From Flavobacteriales bacterium (lineage in GTDB: Bacteria > Bacteroidota > Bacteroidia > Flavobacteriales_F > PHOS-HE28): a stretch of 54,774 bases of DNA. Positions 17,793 through 27,982 of this stretch are shown in pieces (the first letter of the stretch is position 1; each line of letters begins with the position of its first letter). The translations under genes were made by a program, and so were the position numbers. The stretch is taken from positions 1-54,774 of the forward strand of contig JBKJPT010000052.1 in assembly GCA_046595075.1 (NCBI GenBank). Direction: 5' to 3'. A model generated the notes under the pieces. It made no database searches, was not told where the DNA came from, and was given only the letters and a program-made list of their open reading frames with translations.

Positions 17793-20700
17793 ATGCATAG
17801 CGACTACGAGCATCTGATCTCCAAGCTCGACGCCTTCATCCGCAAGTACTACAAGGATCGGCTGGTCCGAGGTGTCCTGTACAGTGTGGGGTTGGTGATC
17901 GGCGTTTTCCTTGTCGCTGCCTTGCTGGAGAGCTTTGGGAGATTCGGCACCGGTGTCCGTACAGCGCTCTTTTGGGCCGCCACCCTAACAATGCTCTTTG
18001 TTCTAGGCCGCTTCATCGCATGGCCATTGGTGAAAATGCTCCGCCTCGGCAAGGTCATCTCGCATGAAGAGGCCGCCGGCATCGTGGGTACGCATTTCGC
18101 CGAAGTGCGCGACAAGCTGCTCAACACCCTTCAGCTCCGGGACATGGCGGCACAGCAACCGCAGCAACGTGAACTGATCGAGGCCGCTATCGCGCAGCGC
18201 GGGCGCGAGCTCGGTCCTGTCCCCTTCGTTAACGCGATCGACCTCCGACGCAACAAGCGCTATCTCCGTTTCGCATTGCCTCCGCTCCTTGTGCTATTGG
18301 TCCTGCTCCTCGCGGCACCAAGTCTGATCACCGGCGGCGCAGAGCGGCTCATCGCGCACGGTCGCGAGTTCATTCCCGAGGCGCCATTCCGCTTTGTTGT
18401 GATCAACGACACCCTGCAGGTTCCCGAAGAACAGGACTTCGAACTAATCGTGGAACTAGAGGGCGATGCGATCCCGCAACAGGTCGATCTCGATGTGTCC
18501 GGGAAGCGTATTCCGCTCGTGAAGCAGGGCGCGTTGCGCTTCGTGCACCGTTTCCGCAATGTGCGCGAGAGCATTGATTTCGACCTGGTCGCCGAGGGCT
18601 ATCGCTCCCGCTCCTACACTCTGACGACGGTTCCCGATCCCCTCCTGCTGGATTTCGGGATGGCACTGGAATATCCGACATACTTGGGTCGGCCGAATGA
18701 AATAAAGAACAACACGGGTGACATCACGGTGCCCGCAGGCACGAGGATCACGTGGAGTGCGAACGCCCGTAGCGCGGACCACATGCGCTTGACCTTCGAC
18801 GACACCACTCTTCTTAGCAACGCTACCAACAATGGCGTTGGTCGCTCGTCGTTCCTGTTCGTGCGTCGCTTTCTACAAAGCCGCACGTACCAGCTTGTTC
18901 CTGGCAGTGGTGCACACGAAGGGCGTGAGGTCATGCGTCACCGCGTAGATGTCGTTCCTGACATGTACCCGACCATCGCCGTGGAAATGAAGACCGACAG
19001 CACCGCTCCGAAGCGCCTCTTCTACAGTGGCGAGATCGGCGATGACCACGGGTTCCGCCGCCTATTGTTCCACTACCGCTTTGTCGAAGGCGGCGACAGC
19101 GTCGCGGAAGACCTGCGCAGCGGTGTTCGCGAAATGTCCATCGACCCGAGAAATACGCGTCAACAATTCTTCCACAGCTGGGACCTCTATGATCTCACCA
19201 TCCTGCCCGGGGATCGCATTGAACATTGGTTCGAGGTGTGGGACAACGATGGCGTCATGGGCAGCAAGAGCGCTCGAAGCGCTCCACAGGTCTTCGCCGC
19301 ACCCACGCTGAAGGAGCTTGCCGAGAAGCAGAACCTGGAAGGCGAACTCATCAAGAAGGAGTTGCGAGAGAACATCCACGAGGCACAAGACCTGCAACGC
19401 GAACTGGACAAGTTGCGCCGTGATCTCATGGAAAAGAAGGAAATGGGTTGGCAAGACAAGCAGAACATGGAGAACCTACTTCAGCGCCAGCAACAACTGG
19501 AAGAACGCATCGAACACAACAGCGAGCAACTGCGTCAGAGCCACCAAGAACAAAGAGAATTCAGCCCACAGGACGAACGATTGGTCGAGAAGCAAGAGCA
19601 GGTACAAGAGCTGTTCGAGAACGTGTTGAGCGAGGAAATGAAGGAACTCTACCGGCAGATGCAGGAGATGATGGAGAAGGTGGACAAAGAGCAGTTGCAG
19701 GATCAGTTGCGTGAAATGAAGCTGGGCCAAGAGGACATCGAAAAGGAACTGGACCGTGCGCTGGAAATGTTCAAGCGCATGGAAGTGGAGCAGGACGCGG
19801 AGGACATCGCGAAACAGCTTGAAGAACTTGCGCAACACCAGGAGCGGTTGAGCGAGCAGACCAAGGAAGATCGCGCGCCGAACGAGGAGCTGCATAAGAA
19901 GCAAGAGGAGCTGAACAAGGAGTTCGAGGAGGTACGCAAGCAGATGGACGAACTGGAGAAGAAGAACGAGGCCCTCGAAGAGCCCCTGGCCCTGCCCGAA
20001 ACCGACCAACAAGAACAAGAGATCAAAGACCAGCAGCAACAAAGCAGCGAACAGCTCGAGAAGAAGCAGAACCAGAAGGCTGTTGGTTCACAAAAGAGCG
20101 CGGCGGAGAAACTGGAACAGCTGGCGTTCCAGATGAAGAGCGCCATTCAGAGCAACGCGGAAGAACAACAAGAAGAGGACATGGACGCATTGCGGCAATT
20201 GCTCGAGAACATCGTGCAATTGAGCTTCGATGAAGAGGCCCTGATGGTGGGCGTCGGCAGCACCAACGTAAAGGATCCGCGCTGGATCGATCATGGGCGT
20301 ACGCAGCGGAAGTTGCGCGACGATGCGCGGGTTATCGAAGATTCGCTCTTCGCTCTGAGCAAGCGAGTGCCGCAGCTGGAGAGCATCGTTAACCGCGAAA
20401 TGAACGCCGTGAACGACAACATGGACGAGGCAACACGCATGTTGGGCGAGGCTAGGGCGAGCGACAGGATGAAGCCTGCTGCGGCCGACAAGCAGCAGCA
20501 CGCCATGACCTCATTGAACAATCTCGCACTTCTCCTGGACGAAGCGCTCCAGCAAATGATGCAGCAAATGAACGCGCAGAGCAAACCCGGAAGTGGCAGT
20601 TGCAAAAAACCCGGCGGGCAAGGGGGCGGGGAAGGAAAGAAGCCAAGTATGGCTCGGATGCGCGCGCAACAAGAGGCCCTACAGAAGCAATTAGAAGAAA

Positions 20701-21209
20701 TGCGCAAGGCACAGCAGGAGGGCAGGAAGAAGGGTGAGAAGCCAGGACGGCAAAATCCCGGAAGTCAAGGCCTGCCCGGTATGAGCCAGCAAATGGCCCA
20801 GCTCGCGGCACAACAAGCGGCGATCAGAAAAGAAATGCAGCGCTTAGCCCAAGAGATGAACAAGGATGGTAGCGGCGCGGGCAACGGATTAAGCAAGTTG
20901 GCAGCAGAGATGGAGCAGCAAGAGCGAGATATCGTGAACAAGAGCGTAACGCCGGAGACCATGCGTCGCCAACAGGACATCATCACCCGGCTGTTGGAGC
21001 ATGAGAAGGCCGAACGAGAAAGAGAGCTTGAACAGAAACGCACCAGCAACGAAGGAGAAGACCGCCCCCCGGTCGATCCGGCTAGGTATTTCGAGCAACA
21101 GCGTAGCAAAGTCCGAGAGGCGGAACTTTTGCGGACCGTTCCGCCGGGACTCAAGCCATACTACCGCGATCGCGTGAACACCTATTTCGGTACTTTTGAC
21201 CGACCCTGA
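17793..21209 (+). CDS. DUF4175-like membrane-anchored long coiled-coil protein
   Basis: KLDAFIRKYY start, three hydrophobic segments, DKLLNTLQL, Ig-like middle, Q/E-rich coiled coil, C-terminal LKPYYRDRVNTYF. Confidence 0.75.
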   Translation: MHSDYEHLISKLDAFIRKYYKDRLVRGVLYSVGLVIGVFLVAALLESFGRFGTGVRTALFWAATLTMLFVLGRFIAWPLVKMLRLGKVISHEEAAGIVGTHFAEVRDKLLNTLQLRDMAAQQPQQRELIEAAIAQRGRELGPVPFVNAIDLRRNKRYLRFALPPLLVLLVLLLAAPSLITGGAERLIAHGREFIPEAPFRFVVINDTLQVPEEQDFELIVELEGDAIPQQVDLDVSGKRIPLVKQGALRFVHRFRNVRESIDFDLVAEGYRSRSYTLTTVPDPLLLDFGMALEYPTYLGRPNEIKNNTGDITVPAGTRITWSANARSADHMRLTFDDTTLLSNATNNGVGRSSFLFVRRFLQSRTYQLVPGSGAHEGREVMRHRVDVVPDMYPTIAVEMKTDSTAPKRLFYSGEIGDDHGFRRLLFHYRFVEGGDSVAEDLRSGVREMSIDPRNTRQQFFHSWDLYDLTILPGDRIEHWFEVWDNDGVMGSKSARSAPQVFAAPTLKELAEKQNLEGELIKKELRENIHEAQDLQRELDKLRRDLMEKKEMGWQDKQNMENLLQRQQQLEERIEHNSEQLRQSHQEQREFSPQDERLVEKQEQVQELFENVLSEEMKELYRQMQEMMEKVDKEQLQDQLREMKLGQEDIEKELDRALEMFKRMEVEQDAEDIAKQLEELAQHQERLSEQTKEDRAPNEELHKKQEELNKEFEEVRKQMDELEKKNEALEEPLALPETDQQEQEIKDQQQQSSEQLEKKQNQKAVGSQKSAAEKLEQLAFQMKSAIQSNAEEQQEEDMDALRQLLENIVQLSFDEEALMVGVGSTNVKDPRWIDHGRTQRKLRDDARVIEDSLFALSKRVPQLESIVNREMNAVNDNMDEATRMLGEARASDRMKPAAADKQQHAMTSLNNLALLLDEALQQMMQQMNAQSKPGSGSCKKPGGQGGGEGKKPSMARMRAQQEALQKQLEEMRKAQQEGRKKGEKPGRQNPGSQGLPGMSQQMAQLAAQQAAIRKEMQRLAQEMNKDGSGAGNGLSKLAAEMEQQERDIVNKSVTPETMRRQQDIITRLLEHEKAERERELEQKRTSNEGEDRPPVDPARYFEQQRSKVREAELLRTVPPGLKPYYRDRVNTYFGTFDRP

Positions 21210-21213
21210 AACC

Positions 21214-21651
21214 ATGGCTGCGATCACCGAAGACCTGGCATTCACCGAGCGGATCGAGTTCCCGGCGAAAGCCGAGAACATCTCCTTGGCAGAAAAGCTC
21301 ATTGATGAGGCTTGCGGCAAATACAACGTTCACGAGAGCCGCTATGGCAACATTTTGATCGCGCTCACAGAGGCGGTCAACAATGCTATTCATCACGGCA
21401 ATGGATTGGATCCGTCCAAAACAGTGACCCTTGGTTACGAGGTTCATCCTGATCGGATCGTCTTTGTCGTGAAGGACCAGGGCGCTGGTTTTGATTTCCA
21501 ACACCTCCCCGACCCCACCGATCCGCAAAACTTGGAAAAGCCCCATGGTCGCGGCGTATTCCTGATGCGTGCGTTGGCCGAAAGCGTAGATTTCGACGAC
21601 AACGGCGCGACCGTGGCTTTGTCGTTCGATCTGCAGCCCGTAAAGGAGTAG
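21214..21651 (+). CDS. rsbW: RsbW/SpoIIAB-like anti-sigma factor Ser kinase (HATPase_c_2)
   Basis: IALTEAVNNAIHHGN (N box), VKDQGAGFD (G1), GRGVFLM (G2); stand-alone ~145 aa. Confidence 0.8.
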   Translation: MAAITEDLAFTERIEFPAKAENISLAEKLIDEACGKYNVHESRYGNILIALTEAVNNAIHHGNGLDPSKTVTLGYEVHPDRIVFVVKDQGAGFDFQHLPDPTDPQNLEKPHGRGVFLMRALAESVDFDDNGATVALSFDLQPVKE

Positions 21652-21656
21652 CCCAA

Positions 21657-22073
21657 ATGGCACTTATCACGTTCGCGGCGCACGGTGTGCCGAACGTGTT
21701 TCGGGAAACTGATCGGCTAAGGCGCTGGCTTGCTGGTGTGGCCCGAGACCATGGTCAGTCGATCAACGAGATCACTTTTGTGATCATGGGTGATCCCGCA
21801 TTACTGGATTTCAACCAGCGCTACTTGGGTCACGACTATTACACCGATGTGATCACGTTTGCCGGACAAGTGGGCGCGGGCTTGAGTGGAGATGTGCTTA
21901 TGAGCTACCCGCGAATTCGTGAGAATGCAAAGACTTTTCAGGTACCCGTTCAACTCGAGTTGCGCCGCGTAATGGTGCATGGTGTATTACACCTATTGGG
22001 ACATGCCGATAAAACCAAGCGGGAGAAAGTGGCCATGAGAGCGCTCGAGGACAGGTTCCTCGACCGCTTCTGA
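21657..22073 (+). CDS. ybeY: rRNA maturation RNase YbeY
   Basis: NQRYLGHDYYTDVITF and HGVLHLLGH. Confidence 0.93.
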   Translation: MALITFAAHGVPNVFRETDRLRRWLAGVARDHGQSINEITFVIMGDPALLDFNQRYLGHDYYTDVITFAGQVGAGLSGDVLMSYPRIRENAKTFQVPVQLELRRVMVHGVLHLLGHADKTKREKVAMRALEDRFLDRF

Positions 22074-22664
22074 TCGTGTCCTTGCGCTCGGCGCGTGCGC
22101 TGCCGCCGCAGCGGGTTCTTCACCTTGTACAGCTTGCCCGCCAACTCTGCCTGCCTGGTATGCCCAAGGCCTTTGCTTTGTTAAGACTCGGCCCGAACTT
22201 GGTTTACGCGAAAGCAAACTTCTTTCAGGAGGTGTCACAAATCCACTGGGGTCAATGCCCGCTTTCTACCCCTATAGCTCTTCCCGCCCATGATTGGTGC
22301 TTGGATCTGGTCCGGACGACTGGTGTCTTTTTCAATCCACTTGGTCGAATATCTCCTTCTTGATAGCCCATGCCATTCACCACGGTTCTTAGGCCCCGAA
22401 GTGCTTATAGCCCTGCCCTTGAACACGAGTGGAATGCCCATCTTCCAAGACTCGTTATCGAACGCTTTGAGTGTGTTCCCCGTCCGCGACAAACAAGAAC
22501 TCCTCTTGTTCCGGTCGGCCATGATTGACTGATTGTTGCCGCGCCTTTGTTACGCAACACCACCATCCATTGACACGTCGATCTCTGCGGTCGATTTATT
22601 TCAGCGGGTCAGAAATGGCCCTTAGGGTAATCCTGTTGGCGCTATAAAATTGCCCTTGGGGCCA

Positions 22665-23036
22665 CTACTTCGCCATTCCGCCGAGGCTGATCGCCTTCGT
22701 CCGCACCAACTCCGCCTTGGTCCTGATCTCGGGCCACAATTCTTCGTTCGCGGTATTCACTGTTGTAAGCATCCCTTCAATCTGCGATAGGCACGTAACG
22801 AGGTCGCTCTGTTTGGCGCTTTGTTCCGGAGTTGCAAGAGAAGCATCCGGGCCGATCTCTTTCTTCAGAACACTGAGTTCTTGGCTTACCCCTCCGTATG
22901 CTTCTTTCAGCTGACCGCTCATTGTTCGGATCTCTTCTTGTACAGTAGGCGGTGCGTTGACCGTCGGCGCAGTCTGTGCCGTGGCGCTGATCGTGGCTAG
23001 TATGACTGCTATGCAAACAAGGAGGACGTGCTTCAT
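22665..23036 (-). CDS. Secreted small alpha-helical hypothetical protein
   Basis: Signal peptide MKHVLLVCIAVILATISATA-Q followed by amphipathic helices; lower GC than flanking genes. Confidence 0.7.
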   Translation of the reverse strand: MKHVLLVCIAVILATISATAQTAPTVNAPPTVQEEIRTMSGQLKEAYGGVSQELSVLKKEIGPDASLATPEQSAKQSDLVTCLSQIEGMLTTVNTANEELWPEIRTKAELVRTKAISLGGMAK

Positions 23037-23232
23037 CTTGGGGTTCTCGTTAAGGCGTAAATGTCTTGCTTTTGATCTATTCTGACAAGTACCAAGTATT
23101 TGCCTGCCGCGGAGACCTAGCGCTGCGTTGCTTCGGCCAAGGTCAAGTTTTCCTGAGCCTGGGTCCAAGGGTCGCGCTGGGATATTCGTCTTGACCAGCG
23201 CTTGCTCGTGGCTCGACTAGCTTTGGGCATTC

Positions 23233-25152
23233 ATGGTGTACCAAGAGAATTACGACGTTGTGGTGGTCGGCGCCGGGCACGCCGGTAACGAGGCAGCGGC
23301 AGCGGCGGCTAACCTCGGTAGCCGCGTGCTACTGATCACCATGAACATGGGGGTCATCGGCCAGATGAGCTGCAACCCCGCAATGGGCGGCGTGGCCAAA
23401 GGTCAGATCGTACGCGAGATTGATGCCCTTGGTGGATACAGTGGAATTGTAAGCGACCGGAGCACTTTGCAGTTCCGCATGCTCAATCGCAGCAAGGGTC
23501 CCGCCATGTGGAGCCCCCGCACACAGAACGACCGCGCGCGCTTCGCCGAGGAATGGCGCCTGATGTTAGAGCGTACACCCAATGTGCACTTCTGGCAGGA
23601 TAGCGTGGTGGAGATCCTCTCGGTGGGCGGCAAGATCACAGGCGTGCGTACCGGCTTGGGTATGGTTGTCCCCTGCCGTGCCGTGGTGCTAACTAGTGGA
23701 ACCTTCATGAACGGCGTGATGCACATCGGTGAGCGGCAACTTGGCGGTGGGCGCGCAGGCGAAAAGGCCAGCCATGGCATCACTGAGCAACTGGTCCAAT
23801 TAGGTTTCGAGGCTGGGCGCATGAAGACAGGCACCCCTCCGCGTGTAGATGGCCGAAGCCTCGATTACGGCCTCATGGAGGAGCAGCCGGGGGATGAGAA
23901 ACCGGGAAAGTTCAGCTACCTCCCCACTACCGCGCTCCTCCCCGTCGGGGGAAGGCTGGGAGGGCGTCAGTTGAGCTGCTGGATTACTTACACCAATCAG
24001 GAGGTACACGACATGCTGCGCGCCGGCTTCGACCGCAGCCCCATGTTCAACGGCCGCATCCGCGGCCTAGGTCCGCGCTATTGCCCGAGCATTGAGGACA
24101 AGATCGACCGATTCGCCGACAAGGACCGCCACCAGATCTTCGTCGAGCCTGAGGGCTGGGATACCATCGAGACATACATCAACGGCTTCAGCACCAGCCT
24201 GCCCGAGGACGTGCAGGTAGCGGCCCTCCGCCTCATCCCCGGCTTCGCACAGGCCCGCATGTTCCGCCCCGGCTATGCCGTGGAATATGACTACTTCCCC
24301 CCTACCCAGCTGAAACATACCCTGGAAACCAAGCTCGTGGACGGCCTCTACTTCGCCGGGCAGATCAATGGCACTACGGGCTATGAAGAAGCCGCCTGCC
24401 AGGGCCTCATGGCTGGCATCAATGCCCACTTACGTCTAACCGGAAAGGAGCCCTTCATCCTGCGCCGGGACGAGGCATACATCGGCGTGCTCATCGACGA
24501 CCTGATCACCAAAGGCACGGATGAGCCCTACCGCATGTTCACTAGCCGGGCAGAGTTCCGCCTGCTGCTGCGACAGGACAATGCGGATGTCCGCCTCACC
24601 CCGCGCAGTCACGCCCTAGGCCTAGCCAGCGATGAACGTCTGCGCAGGGTCGAGGAAAAGCTGCGTTTGTCTGCCCTGCTCGTGTCCGAAATGCAGTCCG
24701 AGGGGGTCGCCGCCGAGCGGGCCAATTCGGTCCTCGTTCCACGTGGAACATCTCCCGTTAAACAGAAGGTCAAGGTTTTCGACCTACTCCGTCGTCCGCA
24801 GGTTAACTATGACGATGTGGAGTCCTTGTCCCCAGTACTCCAGGCGCTGCGAAATAAGGCTCCCGAAGCCAGCTCAGACCCGTTGCTTTGGAACGAAGTA
24901 GTGGAGCAAGTTGAGATTAGGGTGAAGTACGACGGCTACTTGGAGAAGGAACGGGTGATGGCCGAGAAACTCACCCGACTAGAACATGTTCCGCTGGACC
25001 TAGGCCTAGACTACGGCCGCCTGACGTCTCTATCCATCGAGGCACGGCAGAAGCTCGACAAAGCGCGGCCCAGCACCATGGGTCAGGCCAGCCGCATAAG
25101 TGGCGTTTCACCCGCTGACCTCAGCGTGTTGCTGGTTTATCTCGGTCGCTGA
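23233..25152 (+). CDS. mnmG: tRNA uridine-5-carboxymethylaminomethyl(34) synthesis enzyme MnmG (GidA)
   Basis: [72 protein letters not shown]. Confidence 0.98.
   Translation: MVYQENYDVVVVGAGHAGNEAAAAAANLGSRVLLITMNMGVIGQMSCNPAMGGVAKGQIVREIDALGGYSGIVSDRSTLQFRMLNRSKGPAMWSPRTQNDRARFAEEWRLMLERTPNVHFWQDSVVEILSVGGKITGVRTGLGMVVPCRAVVLTSGTFMNGVMHIGERQLGGGRAGEKASHGITEQLVQLGFEAGRMKTGTPPRVDGRSLDYGLMEEQPGDEKPGKFSYLPTTALLPVGGRLGGRQLSCWITYTNQEVHDMLRAGFDRSPMFNGRIRGLGPRYCPSIEDKIDRFADKDRHQIFVEPEGWDTIETYINGFSTSLPEDVQVAALRLIPGFAQARMFRPGYAVEYDYFPPTQLKHTLETKLVDGLYFAGQINGTTGYEEAACQGLMAGINAHLRLTGKEPFILRRDEAYIGVLIDDLITKGTDEPYRMFTSRAEFRLLLRQDNADVRLTPRSHALGLASDERLRRVEEKLRLSALLVSEMQSEGVAAERANSVLVPRGTSPVKQKVKVFDLLRRPQVNYDDVESLSPVLQALRNKAPEASSDPLLWNEVVEQVEIRVKYDGYLEKERVMAEKLTRLEHVPLDLGLDYGRLTSLSIEARQKLDKARPSTMGQASRISGVSPADLSVLLVYLGR
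24735..24750. promoter_or_regulatory. parS site (inside mnmG)
   Basis: CGTTCCACGTGGAACA matches the parS palindrome TGTTCCACGTGGAACA at 15/16. Confidence 0.85.
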
Positions 25153-25196
25153 AAAATAGCGACGAGCCAATCTCCTCACCCTGCTTTTCTGCTTCT

Positions 25197-26132
25197 TTGC
25201 ATCCTCTGTGGAAGTTGTTCCACGTGGAACCATCTGACTTGGAACGTCTCTCAGCCTGTCCAATTTGCGCGAGCACTTTCCTGTCTCCCGCGCTGCTGGT
25301 CGTGGATAGGTCCGTGAGCCAGGAGCTTTTTCACCTAGTGGATTGCCGCTCCTGTGGTTTCCGTTTTACCAACCCGCGCCCTGCCGCGAATGATCTTGAC
25401 CGCTTTTACCAGAGTGACGATTATATCAGTCACTCCAACGCGTCGCGTACCGTACGTGACCGATTATACCAGTCTGCTCGCAGGTGGACCCTTGAACGTA
25501 AACTCCGTCTTATCCGTCGCTACGAGCCTAGTGGGCGTGTGCTCGATGTGGGTTGTGGCACAGGTGAATTCCTCGCCCTGTTAAAGAGCCAGGGCTACCT
25601 CGTCAGGGGTGTAGAGCCCAGCGACAAGGCCCGCAAACAGGCAATCGCTAACCACGCGCTTGCCATTGTTCCGGTACTGGATGCCGTGCCACACTTAGAG
25701 CGCTTCCAGGTGGTCACGCTCTGGCACGTGCTGGAGCATTTGCCCGATCCGCACGAGACACTCAAAAAGCTCTTCGTGTTCGTATCCGATGGTGGGCTGC
25801 TTATCCTCGCCGTCCCGGATCGCGCCAGTTGGGACGCGTGGTACTATGGCTCTGATTGGGCGGCGTGGGATGTTCCACGACACCTTTCGCATTTTTGCCA
25901 ATTCAACATTCACGCGCTTCTGCGCGAACATGGTTTCGAAATCGTCCGCACCAAGCGTATGTGGCTCGATGCGCTCTATGTGGCCATCTTGAGCGAAGGC
26001 CATCGCGGCAGGGGAGCATTTGCCGCTCTCGTTTTCGGGGCATGTATCGGAGCGTTCTCAAATTTGGTCGCGCTTGTCCTGGGCCGCCCGGCCTCGAGCT
26101 CCTTGTACATCGCCCGGAAAACCGCTCCCTAA
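25197..26132 (+). CDS. Class I SAM-dependent methyltransferase with N-terminal Zn-ribbon
   Basis: CPIC...CRSC, VLDVGCGTG, TLWHVLEH, WAAWDVPRH. Start uncertain (TTG 25197 or TTG 25239). Confidence 0.85.
   Translation: MHPLWKLFHVEPSDLERLSACPICASTFLSPALLVVDRSVSQELFHLVDCRSCGFRFTNPRPAANDLDRFYQSDDYISHSNASRTVRDRLYQSARRWTLERKLRLIRRYEPSGRVLDVGCGTGEFLALLKSQGYLVRGVEPSDKARKQAIANHALAIVPVLDAVPHLERFQVVTLWHVLEHLPDPHETLKKLFVFVSDGGLLILAVPDRASWDAWYYGSDWAAWDVPRHLSHFCQFNIHALLREHGFEIVRTKRMWLDALYVAILSEGHRGRGAFAALVFGACIGAFSNLVALVLGRPASSSLYIARKTAP
25216..25231. promoter_or_regulatory. parS site
   Basis: TGTTCCACGTGGAACC, 15/16 match. Confidence 0.85.
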
Positions 26133-26331
26133 GTTTTCAGCAATTAGCACGCTTGCTGGGGCGCGGCGTAGGGACGGTCCTGATAGAGGCGGGCCAAGGC
26201 AAATCAACTGCCTCTTTTTCAGCGTATTACTGTCAATATGAGCACCCCGCGTAACCGGACAGGGGACTATCCCAAAAGGGCGAACCGTTGCATCCTACCT
26301 TCGCGGTTCGGTAACTCCTTCCTTCCCCAAT

Positions 26332-27894
26332 ATGACCCAGACCCTCACCCTTGAGCAGAACAAGATCGGCGATGTGCTCAAAGAACTTGGCGTGAATGCC
26401 ATCAGCGCTGGCGTGTCCACGGGTGTGAGCAGCATGCATGGGGAGGGTCTTGTTCTCAAGAGTACGAGCCCGGTGGATGGTGCTTTGATCGGAACTGTGC
26501 GCGGGGCCGGCCGCACGGAATACGATGCGGTAATCGTCGCCGCACAATGTGGCTTCGAAGAATGGCGCAAATGGCCCGCACCGAAGCGTGGCGAGGTGGT
26601 GCGGCAACTCGGCGAGGAATTGCGGAAGCACAAAGTGGCTCTTGGCAAGCTGGTTAGCTACGAGATGGGCAAGAGCTACCAGGAAGGATTGGGTGAAGTG
26701 CAGGAGATGATCGACATCTGCGATTTCGCCGTCGGTCTCTCTCGCCAACTGCATGGCCTAACCATGCACAGCGAACGGCCCGATCATCGCATGTACGAGC
26801 AGTGGCATCCGCTTGGCGTGGTGGGCATAATCAGCGCATTCAATTTCCCCGTGGCGGTGTGGAGCTGGAACACGGCGCTCGCCTGGGTGAGCGGTAATGC
26901 TTGCGTGTGGAAGCCGAGCGAGAAGACGCCGCTCTGTAGTATCGCCTGCCAGCACATCACCGCCGCCGTGTTCAAGCGTAATTGCGTGCCGGAGGGTGTG
27001 AGCTGTTTAGTGAACGGCGGACGCGAAGTAGGGGAGTGGATGAGCCACGATGTACGCGTTCCCCTGGTGAGCGCCACGGGCAGCACGCGAATGGGCAAGT
27101 CGGTTGGGGCTGCGGTCGGTCAGCGCCTGGGCCGTTCACTGCTCGAGCTCGGCGGGAACAACGCAATCATCATCAGCGACAAGGCCGACCTGGACATGTC
27201 GCTAATCGGTTGTGTGTTCGGGGCGGTGGGCACAGCCGGCCAGCGTTGCACCTCCACGCGCCGCCTCATTATCCACGATAAGGTCTATGACGCGTTCTCG
27301 CAGAAGCTATTGAAAGCATATGGGCAGTTGCGCATCGGCGATCCGCTCGACGAGAAGAACCACGTGGGTCCCTTGATCGATACACAGGCTGTGTTGATGT
27401 ACCAGAGCGCGTTGACGGCGGCGCAAGAGCAGGGGGGGCGGATGCTGGTGGAAGGAGAAGTCCTCGTCGGCGATGGTTACGAGAGCGGCTGCTATGTGAG
27501 GCCTGCAGTGGTGGAAGCCACGCCGAACATGGCCATCGTGCAGGAGGAGACTTTTGCGCCCATCCTCTATCTGCTGCGCTATAGCGGCGATGTGAATGAG
27601 GCTATCGCGATCCAGAACGGCGTGAAACAAGGATTGAGCAGCGCCATCATGACGCTCGACCTCCGCGAAGCCGAAAGATTCCTAAGTGCAGCAGGTAGTG
27701 ACTGCGGCATCGCCAACGTGAACATCGGCACCAGCGGAGCAGAGATAGGCGGCGCCTTCGGTGGCGAGAAGGAGACCGGCGGCGGTCGAGAAAGTGGTAG
27801 TGACGCCTGGAAAGCATACATGCGCCGTCAGACGAACACGATCAACCACGGCACTCACCTTCCCTTGGCCCAGGGCATCAAATTCGACCTTTAG
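26332..27894 (+). CDS. amaB: Aldehyde dehydrogenase family 7 (piperideine-6-carboxylate/aminoadipate-semialdehyde dehydrogenase-like)
   Basis: GEVQEMIDICDFAVGLSRQL, ISAFNFPVAV, LELGGNNA, GTAGQRCT, EETFAPIL, NIGTSGAEIGGAFGGEKETGGGRESGSD. Confidence 0.88.
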   Translation: MTQTLTLEQNKIGDVLKELGVNAISAGVSTGVSSMHGEGLVLKSTSPVDGALIGTVRGAGRTEYDAVIVAAQCGFEEWRKWPAPKRGEVVRQLGEELRKHKVALGKLVSYEMGKSYQEGLGEVQEMIDICDFAVGLSRQLHGLTMHSERPDHRMYEQWHPLGVVGIISAFNFPVAVWSWNTALAWVSGNACVWKPSEKTPLCSIACQHITAAVFKRNCVPEGVSCLVNGGREVGEWMSHDVRVPLVSATGSTRMGKSVGAAVGQRLGRSLLELGGNNAIIISDKADLDMSLIGCVFGAVGTAGQRCTSTRRLIIHDKVYDAFSQKLLKAYGQLRIGDPLDEKNHVGPLIDTQAVLMYQSALTAAQEQGGRMLVEGEVLVGDGYESGCYVRPAVVEATPNMAIVQEETFAPILYLLRYSGDVNEAIAIQNGVKQGLSSAIMTLDLREAERFLSAAGSDCGIANVNIGTSGAEIGGAFGGEKETGGGRESGSDAWKAYMRRQTNTINHGTHLPLAQGIKFDL

Positions 27895-27982
27895 CTCCCC
27901 CTATCCCGACCGGGCGTTTGCTTGTGGTTTCGAGGCTCCTTTGGCCTTGACCAATGCTTCTATCTTCACCGCCCCCGTCACT

